Origin: Octopus vulgaris | Taxonomy: Eukaryota | Length of the DNA: 64,000 bases | Assembly: GCA_951406725.2 (NCBI GenBank) | Contig: OX597814.1 | Location: 87,668,001 to 87,732,000, forward strand | Reading direction: 5' to 3' | Part shown: piece by piece, positions 26,651 to 39,060 of the stretch | Position numbering within the stretch: position 1 is the first letter of the stretch | How the letters are laid out: each line of letters begins with the position of its first letter | Made by a program: the position numbers and the translations under genes | Notes under the pieces: model-generated | What the model was told of the DNA's origin: nothing | Databases searched by the model: none | Seen by the model: only the letters and a program-made list of their open reading frames with translations

Positions 26651-29057
26651 TTATCAATAAACAGAACAAAGATTAGTTGATCAAATTTTCAAATAGGATC
26701 CCCTTTGGATCACAGAAAACCACAAATTTGCAGGGAATGTATATAGTCGATCGAATCGACACTAGCAATACCAGATACCAAGGCAAAGCCAATCCTGGTG
26801 GAATTTAGAAGGAACTAAATGCTGTACGTAATTAACGTAATCAATCCGGCATTCTAAGGTTTCCAACACTCAACTACTTTATGAAAAGAAAAATAACGAT
26901 ATTACTGATGAGATTCATAAGAATTTCATGCTAACCAGTTTTTTAATATTTTATTAATTTATTATTTATCTATTGAATATTTTTCAAAGGAAAGATAAGA
27001 AGTACACCCTTTGCAAGCCCTTCACATACCACGCAAATAGATGGGTTGATATTCTGCTGATTTGTTTTCTTTCTTCTCTGATTGATGCTTATAAGGAAAA
27101 TATGATCAGAGTTCAGCAGCGCAGCAGTTCTGGGATAGAAAAGTTTGAGTAAGGTATCTAAAACAATATATCGTTCGTTTTAAGATACATTGTCATTTTA
27201 TAAGATTTTGCTGGCAAATTTTAAAACCAACATAAACAAATAAAATGTGAAAAGTTTGGAATACGGTCTGAATTTCAGTATTGCGATGTCCTGGGTTCAA
27301 AGCCATACGGGGTCAATTTGGCCTTTCGCCTCTAAGGTCAATAAAATATATTTAAGTTAAATACTGGGAGCAATGGTACCGACTTATTCTCTCTTCTTTC
27401 AAAATTGCTAGCGTTGTGCTGGCATCTTCTGTCAGTGATGAGAGACCAATGTTGCCCCGTGGTATGTATCTTTCACGGTCTAAACTAACACATTTCGTAT
27501 GCTCACATAAATGTATCCATATTTATGTGCACCATTTACGGCGTATAGATCACAAGTGTCTCAATGTTTTCAACTTATTACTTGTCTAACCCCCAAGTAT
27601 ACCGAAATGTAAGTGTAAATTTCCGTAATGAATATTGGAAAAAAAAATTGCTGTGAAGCTGGTTGCGGAGAAACTCTTACTTGAGGAAAATGATCATATA
27701 GAAAATTTTTTTGATGGAGTTAAGACTAATCCTTTGTTGAACATCTCTGCAAAGGTGTAAATAACGTCGCTTCAAAACAAGCAAAACATGAATAATTATA
27801 GAAATTTACACCGTACATTCGATGGTATACTGTATATATGTTGAAATTTTTCTCCTATCTAGTCTATTTCTGTACGACGGGCTTCTGATGGCGTCACATG
27901 GTGAATTCAGTCAAAAAGCGACCGTTGCTGTTTCTTTGTAACTATTAGTAGTGTGCACCCCAGCACACTGTTCGAGCAGTTAATGCAGCTGCTGCTTGTG
28001 GGTGTATTGTTGTATTCTTTTATGTCTGTAGGAGTGATAGGTTTTTAGGACTTGTAGCATTGTTGTAAATGTGGTTGTTGTTTAACCACAGATCAACACT
28101 ACACTTGTTTTCATTTTTTTAAAAACTTCGATGCATTTAGAACTACACTATTCTTTGTGTTTCATTTTAAAGTAGGCTGTAATTTAAGAGAAATTTAGTT
28201 ACAATTTCTTGTGAGGTCTATATCCATAGATGAACGAAGCAAAATTACTCAAAATAAAGACCACTTTGAAAATACGAAGGCTCAGTTTGTTGGCACATAC
28301 CAAGCTCAGACACTGATAATATCTGACACTGTCATCTTCAGACAAACAGACATATGTGTGAGCCAATACGAGGGCAATGCTGTATTACAAATAGATTCAT
28401 TAACATCAGTCACATATCTGTACTATTCAACACTTCTAGAGTATATCTTGTGATTAAATCAATTAGAAGCTTTTATGAATATTCATGTTATACTTTGGAG
28501 TAGATATAAAAGCTGTAAATTGCCGTTATGTAAATAAGCCGAAGCATTTCAGTCTGATCAGGAACAAAGCTGCGATTTGCTAAGTTGTAATGAGAATGAA
28601 CATTTACTGAATTTGTTTTTCTGCTTCGTAAATGTTTAAAGAATGGAAAGTGCTGAGCAAGCAAGGTCAAGATTATGCTGAATCCTATTAATTTGTAAGC
28701 ACCCATTAGTAGGTTAAAACCTCAAAGAGGACTGCTATTGCATTGCAACAAGATCTGTTTAAAATAACAACCCAGTTGCTTCGTACCACTTTGTACAGCT
28801 TCTTATGTATCACCAACATAGTTTTTAAATATTTATTGAATGGAGAATGTTTTGCCATGTACGCCATGCCCATTAGTAAAATGACAAAATTATACTTGAT
28901 TAAATTAGAGTTAGTCTTTAGATTTAGAATTTGAAATGGAGATACAGCTATGATTTACGCATACTTGAAATATATCTTGTCTTTTATCTTTTATTTGTTT
29001 CAGTCATTAGACTGCGGTCATGCTGGGGCACCGCCTTGAAGAACTTTTAGTCGAATG

Positions 29058-32000
29058 TGTAAAGGACCGTATGATGCGTGATAATGAGAGTTGATGTTGG
29101 ACAACACACGGTCCTTAAAATATATGTAAGATAGAATGCGACTTGTGTGCAGGGAGAAAAGAGAGAGACACAACAGCGTAGAATGCTTATGAAAGATTTA
29201 TTGATATATTTACATGTATCTGTGTGTGTGAGCATAGGTGTATGCGTGTGCGTTGTACCTATATAGCAATGAAGACGAAGAGAGGGAAAGAAGTCTATAA
29301 TGAGAAGTTAGATGTTCATGGACACAAGAACAAAAATACCAGTTCGTGATCAACTGTACACGGGTTGTTGCGATGCTGTATCAAGACGTTGTGGATGTAA
29401 TGCGGAGCCGGTTGCGGTACGTGAAGTTGTAGCTGTAATGTTGCTGCCTGTGTCACTTGTACAGTTCTCGCAGGTTGTATGTTTGCTGTTAACCATGGTG
29501 AAGTAATTCACGAACAGTGCTATGTTAGAACCTGTGCAGTGTTGCTGGTGCTGTGTACGTAGAGATGTTGTTGACGTTGATGAGAGACATGATGGTGACT
29601 TTGAAGACGGAGGTCGCTGTAATGCTGTTGGACTGGCGTTGTCGCTGGAACTGGCTGTCTTGTGTGGTCAGTGGCTAGACCTTAGAAGGTCTGGAACCAA
29701 AGTTATTCTTATTTCCCACAAGGGATAATAGAGGGTACAACACAAAACATGTGGGGGACAAAAAAACGAATGAAAGAAGAATGAGATGAATTTGAAAATG
29801 AAAAGATGAAATGAAGCTTTTCGACCCCACCTCCGAGCGATTTCATTTATACTGTTAGTACGACCTTAATTCGATCGAGCTCCGTCTTGCTTGTAGAGTG
29901 TCAATTTTGTAAACCTCTCGGAGGTTATATACTTTGGTACCTGACTGGTGTTCATTGTTTTCTCTCAGTATTCAATGTCATCATTGTATTTAACTATTTT
30001 TGAAATTATTAATGTTATACCCCTTGCTCGGGTCCTTCCTGATCAGTGTCACCACTCCTTAGATTTGGGAAATTCCCCCATTCTGCTGCCAATTCGCGAA
30101 CACACTAGACAGTACGTTCCCGAACAAGTCTGGTATACATTAATATAAAATTCATAAGGTAGACCATCCAATGCCGGCGACTTGTCCCCCAGGCACTCGG
30201 AAAGCACCTCTATAACCTCCTCGACCCTTCACGGCGCTCAGCATCACACGCCGAAAGACGCAGGCCAGGAACTGCCGGCGGTATACCCATGGTCCAGCGT
30301 AGCAAAGTGCTCGTGAAAGGTCTTGCACATCTCTTCTTGTCCTTGGTTCTCCTGTCCATGCTCGTCTACCACAGACCTTATCGTAGCCTCCACACCACGT
30401 CGGATTTCTTCTGAGTGAGCCTACTCGGCAACGTTGATACCCTCACCGCCCAGTGCACGTATTTTAGTCCGGACTGCGCATCCTTCGTGTTTAGCATTGC
30501 TTGCTAAATCTAACCGACTCAAATCGAATGGCTCTTTTGAGGGTACTCCACCACCGGTTGTTAATCACAGAGCCGGTTAGTGCCCTCATTACTAACACCT
30601 TAATCTGACTATGGTAAGTTTCGCAATCCAATAGGGACTTGTTCATCTTCCAGTAGCCAGTTCCCTGTCTATGAACCTTATCTATATGCAGCCTACACGT
30701 CACTAATTTGTCATCCGTGTAGGGTACATAGGTAAACTGTGGACAGCTTAAACTAGACTTAGCTCTAGCATTAACTATTATCCTGTCTATATAAGACCTG
30801 ATAGATCCGTCGTTATTAGATCAAATCCACATTAGAACGCTCGGATTATCAAGTCTGTATCGATCTGCCAGCCTAAATCGCTTCAGCAGATCGATGAGGT
30901 GTGAGTTAAACTTCTTAACATTTGAGCCTACGCTATCCAGGTGTGCATCCAGAATAACATTAAAATCACCTAGCAAAACTAGTGTCCTTGATGTCACAAG
31001 AAAGTTCTTCAGGCGTCGATAGAACTCATCCTGTTTGCCTAGCGTACTAGGTGCGTAGATGCCAAGCAGCCTGAGGGCCTTACCTCTGTATGTCAGATCC
31101 ACAACGACCGACTCGCTTTCTGGATCCACGAAGATCGTACGTGTCTGCAGAGCCAGGCTTTTCCGGAGCAAAACTACAACACCTCTACTCACCACCCCAC
31201 TTCTGGCTAGGAGACATGATTTTCTCATAGCCATTCAAGAGAGTTCTGAAGGCCTGCAGCTTGTCCAGCCTGGTCTCTGTAGCAACCATAATATCAATTC
31301 TGTGTGACCTGAGGTCGTTGAAGAGGCAAGCCTGCTTCCACTTCGAACCCAGGCCACGGACATTTAAACACGCAATGCATAGCGTAGCTATGTCAAACAC
31401 GAAAAAGAAGGAAATTCGAGCTTACCTGCTCATTTATCTTTGAGGGGGATTATTCTCAGTATTTCTGAGACAAGTTCCCCCACTCCTTTCTTTCATATAA
31501 AAATGGTTCTACCGGCGGGTTAAATACCGTAGGCAGTTTTTTCAGTTCTGCTATCTCTTTTGGGTGTCTACCTTTAAGTTCGTTGTATAATTTTCGAGCG
31601 ATTCTTCCCAGCGTTACTGGGCTCATTTTATTGTCGTTGGCATATAGGGATGTTTTGTGGTGAGGTCCAATGACCCCATCCAGGTATTTGCTGTTGTTTT
31701 TGTAAACGATTGTCGTAGTGTCTTCTCTTTCAGGAATATCGATTGTCTCCGACATAAACTTATTTTCTTTATTTTTTCCTTTTTCCTTCAGTTCAGGTTT
31801 CTTGGCTATTTTGATTTTTGGAGCTGCCTCCTGTGTATTGGTAGGCGACTCCATTCTTTTGGTTCACTTACGCGACACCGTCTGGAAGTCCATATTTTCA
31901 GTAGACGGTGTCACAACTGACTCTGGCTTCTCGGGGTTTTCCCCACTAATGGAGGCGGTCGCTTGCTGTGTAATGGCCTCCTTGGCCGGAAGCGCTGCCT

Positions 32001-33372
32001 CTTTACTTCCCCCCCTGGGTTCGTCTTTACTAGTAGAGGTAGTCGCCCGCTGTGTCACATCTCTGTGGCTGAAGGGACCGCCTCTTCGTTTTTCTCTTCC
32101 TTCTCCTCTGCTTCCTTGTCCTTCTTTGTTTTTTTATGGGGCATTTTGACCTCAGGTGGTCTTTTTTTTCACATTGACTCCTCTACGTGTATTGTTTCTG
32201 GTAGACCTTCTAAATCTAGACTTGTCGTTTGTACCAGGATCTCCAGAGTTTGACCTCGCCAATTTTGTGGGGCATCTCTGGAGATCTGAATAATATTTAT
32301 TTTGTCCTCTCTCTTGTAGAGGAGTGTGGCAAAGATCCATGCTACTTCCACCTCTGGGGGGATGCTCTTAATCTTTATCCGGGACGTTCTGCGTCCCAGA
32401 TATAGAGGCAGTAGCATGACGTTGCCACATAGTAAGGTTCAAGTTGAGATTTCTCTTACCTTCTCAATCGATTCGAACCTTGCTTCGATGGTCGTGTACC
32501 CTGTGCCTCGGGTTAGGTACTTTATTTCGTTCATCACCGGCTCGAGACACCTTTCAACTGTGCTTTCCTCCAAATATACCAGCCTTTTCTGTTCCACATC
32601 ATATGTTTTATATACAATGGTCTTTTCCTTTGTCTTGTTTCTTATTTCACTCGGGGGTGTTATCTTACTTTCACCGTTTTCTTCGGCGATCATACCATAG
32701 TATGCCTGTATACCTTCCATCTTCAAAATAATTGTTTCAAGTCCGCCAATAGCGGCGGCAAAATTCATTTTTCTTTTCTTTTCTTTTCTTTTTTTGTTCT
32801 TCTACAGAAGACAATTTCAACATTTTTTTTTAAATATTCAAAAATTCCACAATTTTGGTTCCGAAAAAGAACGCGGTTCAAAATTAACCGCAAGCAGTAA
32901 ATACAGTTTATATATCCTTCCCCCTGGTGGGAGGATAACAGTTCACAACATTAACGCAGATAACTACTCTGCAACGCTTCCCCCACGGGAAACCAACAAG
33001 TACGATGTAACAATTCCTGCAAGCAGGCAACAGCTACAACAACCAACTTTCAAGGCAAACATAAGCAGACACATCACGTAAGAATGTGAGCAAACGATGG
33101 TCTGGAACCAAAGTCCTCTAGAGGAGGAGTAGCTGGTTTTTTTATAGGGAGCAGACTGGGTTTTTATAGGGTTGAGAACAGACTGTCTCACGTGATTTAT
33201 TTGGAGGCTGCAATTGGCGCGACAGAGTAAAAGACAAATTGCGCCAGTACCAACCAATCAGAGTGGTGGATACAACGGGATTCAAATAGCGGCCAAAGAT
33301 TAGCTGTTATCTGCTACGTTCGGATGTTTGTATAATAAAAGGGAGATGAATTTCACTAGAGTGTATGCTACA
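29058..33372 (-). mobile_element. Solo LTR (~0.9 kb net) interrupted by the Tx1 LINE
   Basis: Termini TGTA...TACA with flanks aatg/aata (4-bp TSD, one mismatch). Minus-strand TATAAAA boxes lie at ~33138-33170, a CCAAT at ~33254 and an AATAAA at ~29197. It splits a SINE whose halves rejoin across it. Confidence 0.6.
29704..33098 (-). mobile_element. Tx1/L1-clade LINE with ORF1 and APE endonuclease but RT internally deleted
   Basis: ORF1 remnants span 31456-32768. ORF2 starts MFDIATLCIACLNVRGL...VATETRL (APE), then IYAPS, LGDFN, GTGYWKMNKSLL and DKSPALDGLPYEFY, and breaks off at NINNF near 30000. The element is flanked by the 16-bp direct repeat ggtctggaaccaaagt (29688-29703, 33099-33114). Confidence 0.88.
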
Positions 33373-33783
33373 AATATACCAACCCCAGTACTTATTCTTT
33401 TAAAGCCTGGTACTTATTCTATCCGTCTCTTTTACCGAAGCGCTAAATTACGGGGATGTAAACACAGCAACACCAGTTTTGAAGCGATGGTTGTGGACAC
33501 ACACACGCGCGCGCACATACACACACACAGAGGACGAGCTTCTATCAGTTTCAGTCAACTAAATCCACTCACAAGGCTTTGGTCAACCCGAGGCTATAGA
33601 AGACAACACTTACATAAGGTGCCACGCAGTACGACTGAACCCTGAACCATGTGGTTGGGAAGCAAGCTTCTTACCACAGCCGAACAAGTATGTATGTATG
33701 TATGTATGTATGTATGTATGTATGTATGTATGTATGTATGTATGAGCAAGGTTTATTGAAATGCTGGTGGTTATAATAATTGA

Positions 33784-34693
33784 CTAGCAGCATAGCCCGG
33801 CGTTGCCAGGGTATGTAAGAAACTTTGTCGATAAGCAATGCTCTTTACCTTTTTACCCTTTTTTGTACCCATTGAACCGTTATTTTGTAAAATGAAGCCT
33901 AAAAGGCATTCAAGGCACCGTTCCCTTGCATGCATGAAGAAAATCTATGACAGTCAAAGTGTATTTTCTGGTTTTGTTTAGCACACCCAACCCAGTTCTG
34001 CGGGATCAGTATCGCGACGGGAACACATGGGTTGGGAGTTTGACAGGCAGAGGTGATAAGGTTGCACATGCCGGCCCTTTTGACACCGCCTACCCCCGAA
34101 CCCAAGTTGGGTTCGGACCACAGCTAAGCCCTACCTAATCTTAACTTAAGTCTAGCGAAAGGGGGCTCTGGGACTTCTAGTAGGCAACAACTATTCCCGA
34201 TCTAGTCCTTTCCTTCTAGGGAACGAAGGCGCTTTCGCTGTGAATTTCAAAAAAAATTCCTGCCAATTTGTTAAAGATATTGTCGAAAACATGTCATTTT
34301 GAATTTGAACGCGATTTCCCAAAATGGCATGATTTTATCGATTTTTTCTGATGGTAAGGTATTGCATGGAAAACTAACGTCAGAATTAAGTTCCTTAGTG
34401 TAACATTAAGCTTCACCATGAGTTTGGTGAAAATCGATTGCAAGTTGCGAAAGCTACAACGGAAAATGTGTTGCATATGATAAGCTTAGATTCTCGACCC
34501 CATGTCGAATTTATCGATTTTTTTCAGAACTGGGGGAACTTTACAAAATTTTCGCTGCGTTAGTTTTGAATTATGATATTGGGCTATGTGTGTGTCAAGT
34601 TTCATCAGAATCGGTTGAAAGCCGTGGTCAGGGTGAAGGTACAACCTGACATCACACAGACAGACAAACTGCCTTTTATATATATATAGAAGA
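33784..34693 (-). mobile_element. Non-autonomous Helitron
   Basis: Minus strand A|TCTTCTATATATATATAAAAGGCAG at the 5' end. The 3' end has the hairpin CCCTGGCAACGCCGGG followed by CTAG|T. Insertion is at AT with no TSD. Confidence 0.85.
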
Positions 34694-34964
34694 TAGATAG
34701 ATTATGAATTGGTGGCGATAAATCGTCGTACTTTCTGAGGAATGGCACCCACAGTACGGTATTTCCAAAGACTGAGGTAAATTGAAGCAGAGACAGAGAC
34801 TGAAAAGTGATGAAAACTTTAGGAAAACTGCTACAATAGGCGACAAAATTATTATAATGGAAAATCTTAAGGCGTTTGAGAGAGGGAGTGCGAAGGAATA
34901 ATCCTGAGCTGTGGACAAATGCTGCACCAGAAACAATACACTTACGAGTTTTTTTTTTTAGAAA

Positions 34965-35455
34965 TAAATCTTTATTTTATATAGTATAGTTTCCACATAA
35001 GAAAGACAAAGAAAAGAAGGAAACAAAGCGGCAAGAAGAAAAAGGCGGAGAAAAAAGAGAAAAAGAAGAATGCAGCACCTAGTGTTTCAATTGATCGCAC
35101 ATCACGAGATTTAACGGAACCTACTGAACGCTCGCAGCATTACTACAGGCGATGCCGAGGCTAAGGCGTTGGAAAAGCCAAGTGCCTTCACAGGCAGCAC
35201 CTGACACCTCGGTGAGGTGAGCTGCCAACGATGATAAGAACTTCGCCGGTAGTGGCCCAGTCCCTCCAAACGTCTCAAACGTCACAGGTTGGAAGCGATC
35301 CCTGCCAGGTTCCGATATTTCAGGGTTTTGTTCCGTTCGGCAACGGAAGCAGTGACCCTCTCATATACTGCAACATCCAGGATGCGAGTGGGAGCCAAAG
35401 AGTCACAGGCTGTGGAGTCCCAGATGAGGCACCTACCTCCAACCCGGGGACAGAG
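34965..35455 (-). mobile_element. CRE-clade 3' fragment, second copy (inverted relative to the 26 kb copy)
   Basis: Reads GRCLIWDSTACDSLAPT...AERNKTLKYRNL..FQPVTFETFGG...WLFQRLSLGIACSNAASV, a PD-(D/E)xK domain. Confidence 0.8.
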
Positions 35456-35672
35456 TATTTCTGATTGTTTGGCAAAGCACGATATGAATCTCGTCATCCA
35501 GACACTCTACTCTCAGGATTTGGCCCCTGTTGACTTCCTTTGATCCCAAGGTTGAAATCTACTCTGTATAGTCGCCAGTTTCTGATGATAAGACAGATTG
35601 AAGACAATTCTGGTACAGCCCCTGAAGACGTGTCCCAAGACATGTTCCCAAAACTGGGGAAATGTTGGGAGC
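35455..35672 (+). mobile_element. Mariner transposase C-terminal fragment
   Basis: CLAKHDMNLVIQTLYSQDLAPVDFL*..PRLKSTL matches the mariner motif YSPDLAPxDFxLFPxLK. Confidence 0.7.
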
Positions 35673-35750
35673 GGTCTCAAGACATACATACATACATACA
35701 TACATACATACATACATACATACATACATACATACATACATACATACATA

Positions 35751-36025
35751 CAGAAGATAGTGAAAAAGAGAATACCTACGCTGAACTATTGAGAAATCTG
35801 CAGTTACTCTATCCAAATTACAAGTTCAGATTTATACCTGTAATTATTGGGGTACTGGGATATGTAACAAACTGCCAAAATACCAATCTTGAAAAATTAA
35901 GTTTCTCAAACCAGAATGGAGAAAGCTGATTCGAAGACTACAGATTCAAGCCATCACTGGAACTGTAAAATTCTGTAAAACTTTCTAGAAGTTTATCATT
36001 TAAGTATATATGAGCATGTTTATCT
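35751..36025 (+). mobile_element. R4/Dong-like RLE retrotransposon 3' fragment embedded in (TACA)n
   Basis: EKENTYAELLRNLQLLYPNYKFRFIPVIIGVLG...LIRRLQIQAITGTVKFCKTF fits the RLE C-terminal pattern K..KY..L.....P..IGALG. (TACA)n lies on both sides. Confidence 0.7.
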
Positions 36026-36112
36026 ACATACATACATACATACATACATACATACATGCATACATACATACACACATACATACATACATACATACATACA
36101 TACATACATACA

Positions 36113-36143
<31 letters not shown>

Positions 36144-36510
36144 GAAAAACAAAAAGAACATCATCCTACGTGTCGGCAATGAGGTTCTCGGGAAATACTC
36201 TCTTCTTGACAAACTTCCACATAACCCCCAAACTTGGATTAACATACTTCAAAGAAGAACTGAAAGTGAAATGATCAACATATAAGAAAGTCCGTGCACG
36301 GGTATGTTTTCCGGAAAACTAGAAAATCATACCAGTATCGATATGATGTGTAGCCTTGTACTCGCGATTGCTATATTGCATCACACTCCAAAAGCCATGC
36401 GTTTGCAGGAGATTACAATAAAATTTCCTAATACAATAATGAGCGTAGTGTTTTTATGTATTTGTGTGTATGTATGTATGTATGTATGTATGTATGTATG
36501 TATATGTATG

Positions 36511-36548
<38 letters not shown>

Positions 36549-37073
36549 CAAAATCACGTAGTAGGAGTGAATGGTGAAGGGAGAAGAGAGAAAACAGTAA
36601 TTCAGTGAAGGAGAAGTAGTGAGAGTAATAGCCATGACTGAGAGGGAATGAGAGAAAGTAATAGCAACGAGAGAGAGAGAAAGTGGCAAATAGACTGTTG
36701 TGTATCTTCTTCTATAATAATCTACTATAATAATACCCTTGTGTATTTCTCCATCACAACATATGAATGAGAAAGGAAGGGGTGATCCACCGATGGAAGT
36801 GGGACGGTGAAAAGTCAACGGTGAAACAAAAATCAAACAGCGCATCAACTCTGTGTGAGTATATGTGTGTGCGTGTAAAAGGGAGGATGTGAATGTTTGT
36901 GTGTGTGTGTGTGTGTGTTTGTGTAAAATATATTTATATATTAGAGTGAGTGTATGTGTTTGCCTATGTTTATTTAGAAAGATGCATAGAAAATAGAATT
37001 ACAGACACGCGCATTTACACATACATACATACATACATGCATGCATGCATACATACATGCATACATGCATACA

Positions 37074-37120
<47 letters not shown>

Positions 37121-37326
37121 TTATTTATTTCATGTATGTTATTTTGTAATAATTACTGGTATCATTATATATTAATATATCTTATATCTTATATGTAAAG
37201 CATAATATGTTATACATGTATGTATTTTATTGTAATTGTCAGTTTAGTAAATAAATAGATAAGTTAACATAATATAATGTCTAAAAGTTGATGAACCACC
37301 TATTGATCCCCTCCATCTTCTTATTG

Positions 37327-37364
<38 letters not shown>

Positions 37365-38539
37365 TTAAAAAGGAAGGAAGCGGGCTGTGACAAAGTATAG
37401 AAAACCGCGTTCCCTACTCATATATATAAATATATACATAAGCACACGCCCGCGCGCATACTCACACAGAGCTGAAGCACTGTTTGATTTTTTTTCCACT
37501 TTTTTTGTCCCTTTTTTTATGTATAAAATACTACAATAAGCCGTAATTTTTGACGGCACGGGGTCAGCTAGTACTTAATAAACATAAGTGCAGGCGTTGG
37601 TATGTGTTAAGAAATCTGCTTCCCAATCACAAAGTACCAGGTTCAGTCCCACACCTTAGACAACTGTCTTCCTGGGTCGACCAAGGATGGAAACTGAAAG
37701 AAACCCGTGGTGTGTATGTGTGTGTGTGTGTGTGTGTGTATCTGACCACTGCTTTAAAACTGGTGTTGATTTGTTTACGACCCCGTAACTTAAAGGAACC
37801 GATAGAATAAGTATCAGGTTTTTAAAAATAAGTACTGGGGTTAATTAGTTCGACTAAACCCTTTGAGGCGGTACCCCATCATGGCCGTATCCAATGACTG
37901 ACACAACTAGAAGATAAAAGAAAAACAAGAGGCAGTGGGGCCCTTAGAGCCTCAAAATGCAACCGAAAATGTCAATTATGTCACATTTCTGTGGAAGACA
38001 TCACGCATGATTAGCAACTTCCCCAAAATGTTATTCAGGTACTATCTTTCAACGTAACGTAACATTGTTGCTAAAACAAAATACAATGCCGCTCGAAAAT
38101 AAAAAAGAATGTCGTGGTATAAGTATAGAGAATCCCCGTTATTGAATACATACATAGACTTCAACACAAGGAATATCTATCTATCTATCTATCTATATAT
38201 CTATCTATCTATCTATCTATCTATCTGTCTATCTGTCTGTCTGTCTGTCTATTTACCTTTAAAATATTCCTTGTCTTCCCATTTCTGTTCGCGTTACTTC
38301 AATTACTGCTCCTCTCTTCTTTCATTAACCACTTGTCTCCACCATTCTCTCCGTTATTTCCCCCAAAACCCAAATATGATTGTACGAAGCGAGATAACTC
38401 TATTGAATGAGTAACCGAGTTACTTCACTTCACGATTCTCTTGAGATACCCAAAATGGGCAAAGTTTCCTCAGTAACTTCTGGTTTCTTCCTTCTCTCAT
38501 ATATTAACTCACTTCAGCCATATAGGGACGATGGTCTAT

Positions 38540-39060
38540 GAATCTAAAGCCATATGAACACCTTCAATATGGACAAATTTTGGAAGAATCATATATCTTC
38601 AAAGAATTTGGCCTAACTATAACAGTTTCTATCAAATCAACAAAGGCCGACTTCCTGAACTTAAGGTACTTTCACTATAGAAAACCTGACGAGGGAACTG
38701 TTTATCTATGTAGAAATTCCAATTATCTTCTCTACCTAGCAGGTATCGGCAGAAGAATCTCCAGTTCAGTCTATATGACGAGTCGAAAAATGGTTTTACG
38801 AATAAGTTAGTTTATAATGATCCCCACCCACTTTAAACCCTAAGAGAGCTGTAAAGAGAAACGCATTTTGGTTCAATCCGTTAGGCAATCTAGATTTATC
38901 TTCTTATGTAGCTAAGAGCTTCCTGTCCATGATTAGATACCATTTCCTATGAACCAATAAGTATCATAAACTCTTTAAGCCCATAATGTCAAGGTTAGTT
39001 ACTCATGTTTAGATAATATCACTTCCAGCATTGCATGCTACCACTGGAACATATGTGCAC
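38540..39060 (+). mobile_element. Penelope-like element RT/thumb remnant
   Basis: IFKEFGLTITVSIKSTKADFL...YRKPDEGTVYLCRNSNY...RRISS and KYHKLF..NVKVSYSCLDNI are characteristic of PLE reverse transcriptases. Confidence 0.7.

Larger units (their letters stand above)
28985..33680 (-). mobile_element. tRNA-derived SINE split in two (28985-29057 and 33373-33680) by the LTR/LINE insertion
   Basis: The left half ends gccttgaagaacttttagtcgaat and the right half resumes accccagtacttatt...cctggtacttattctatc. These are contiguous in the reverse complement of intact copies (e.g. 3008-3405). Confidence 0.8.
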
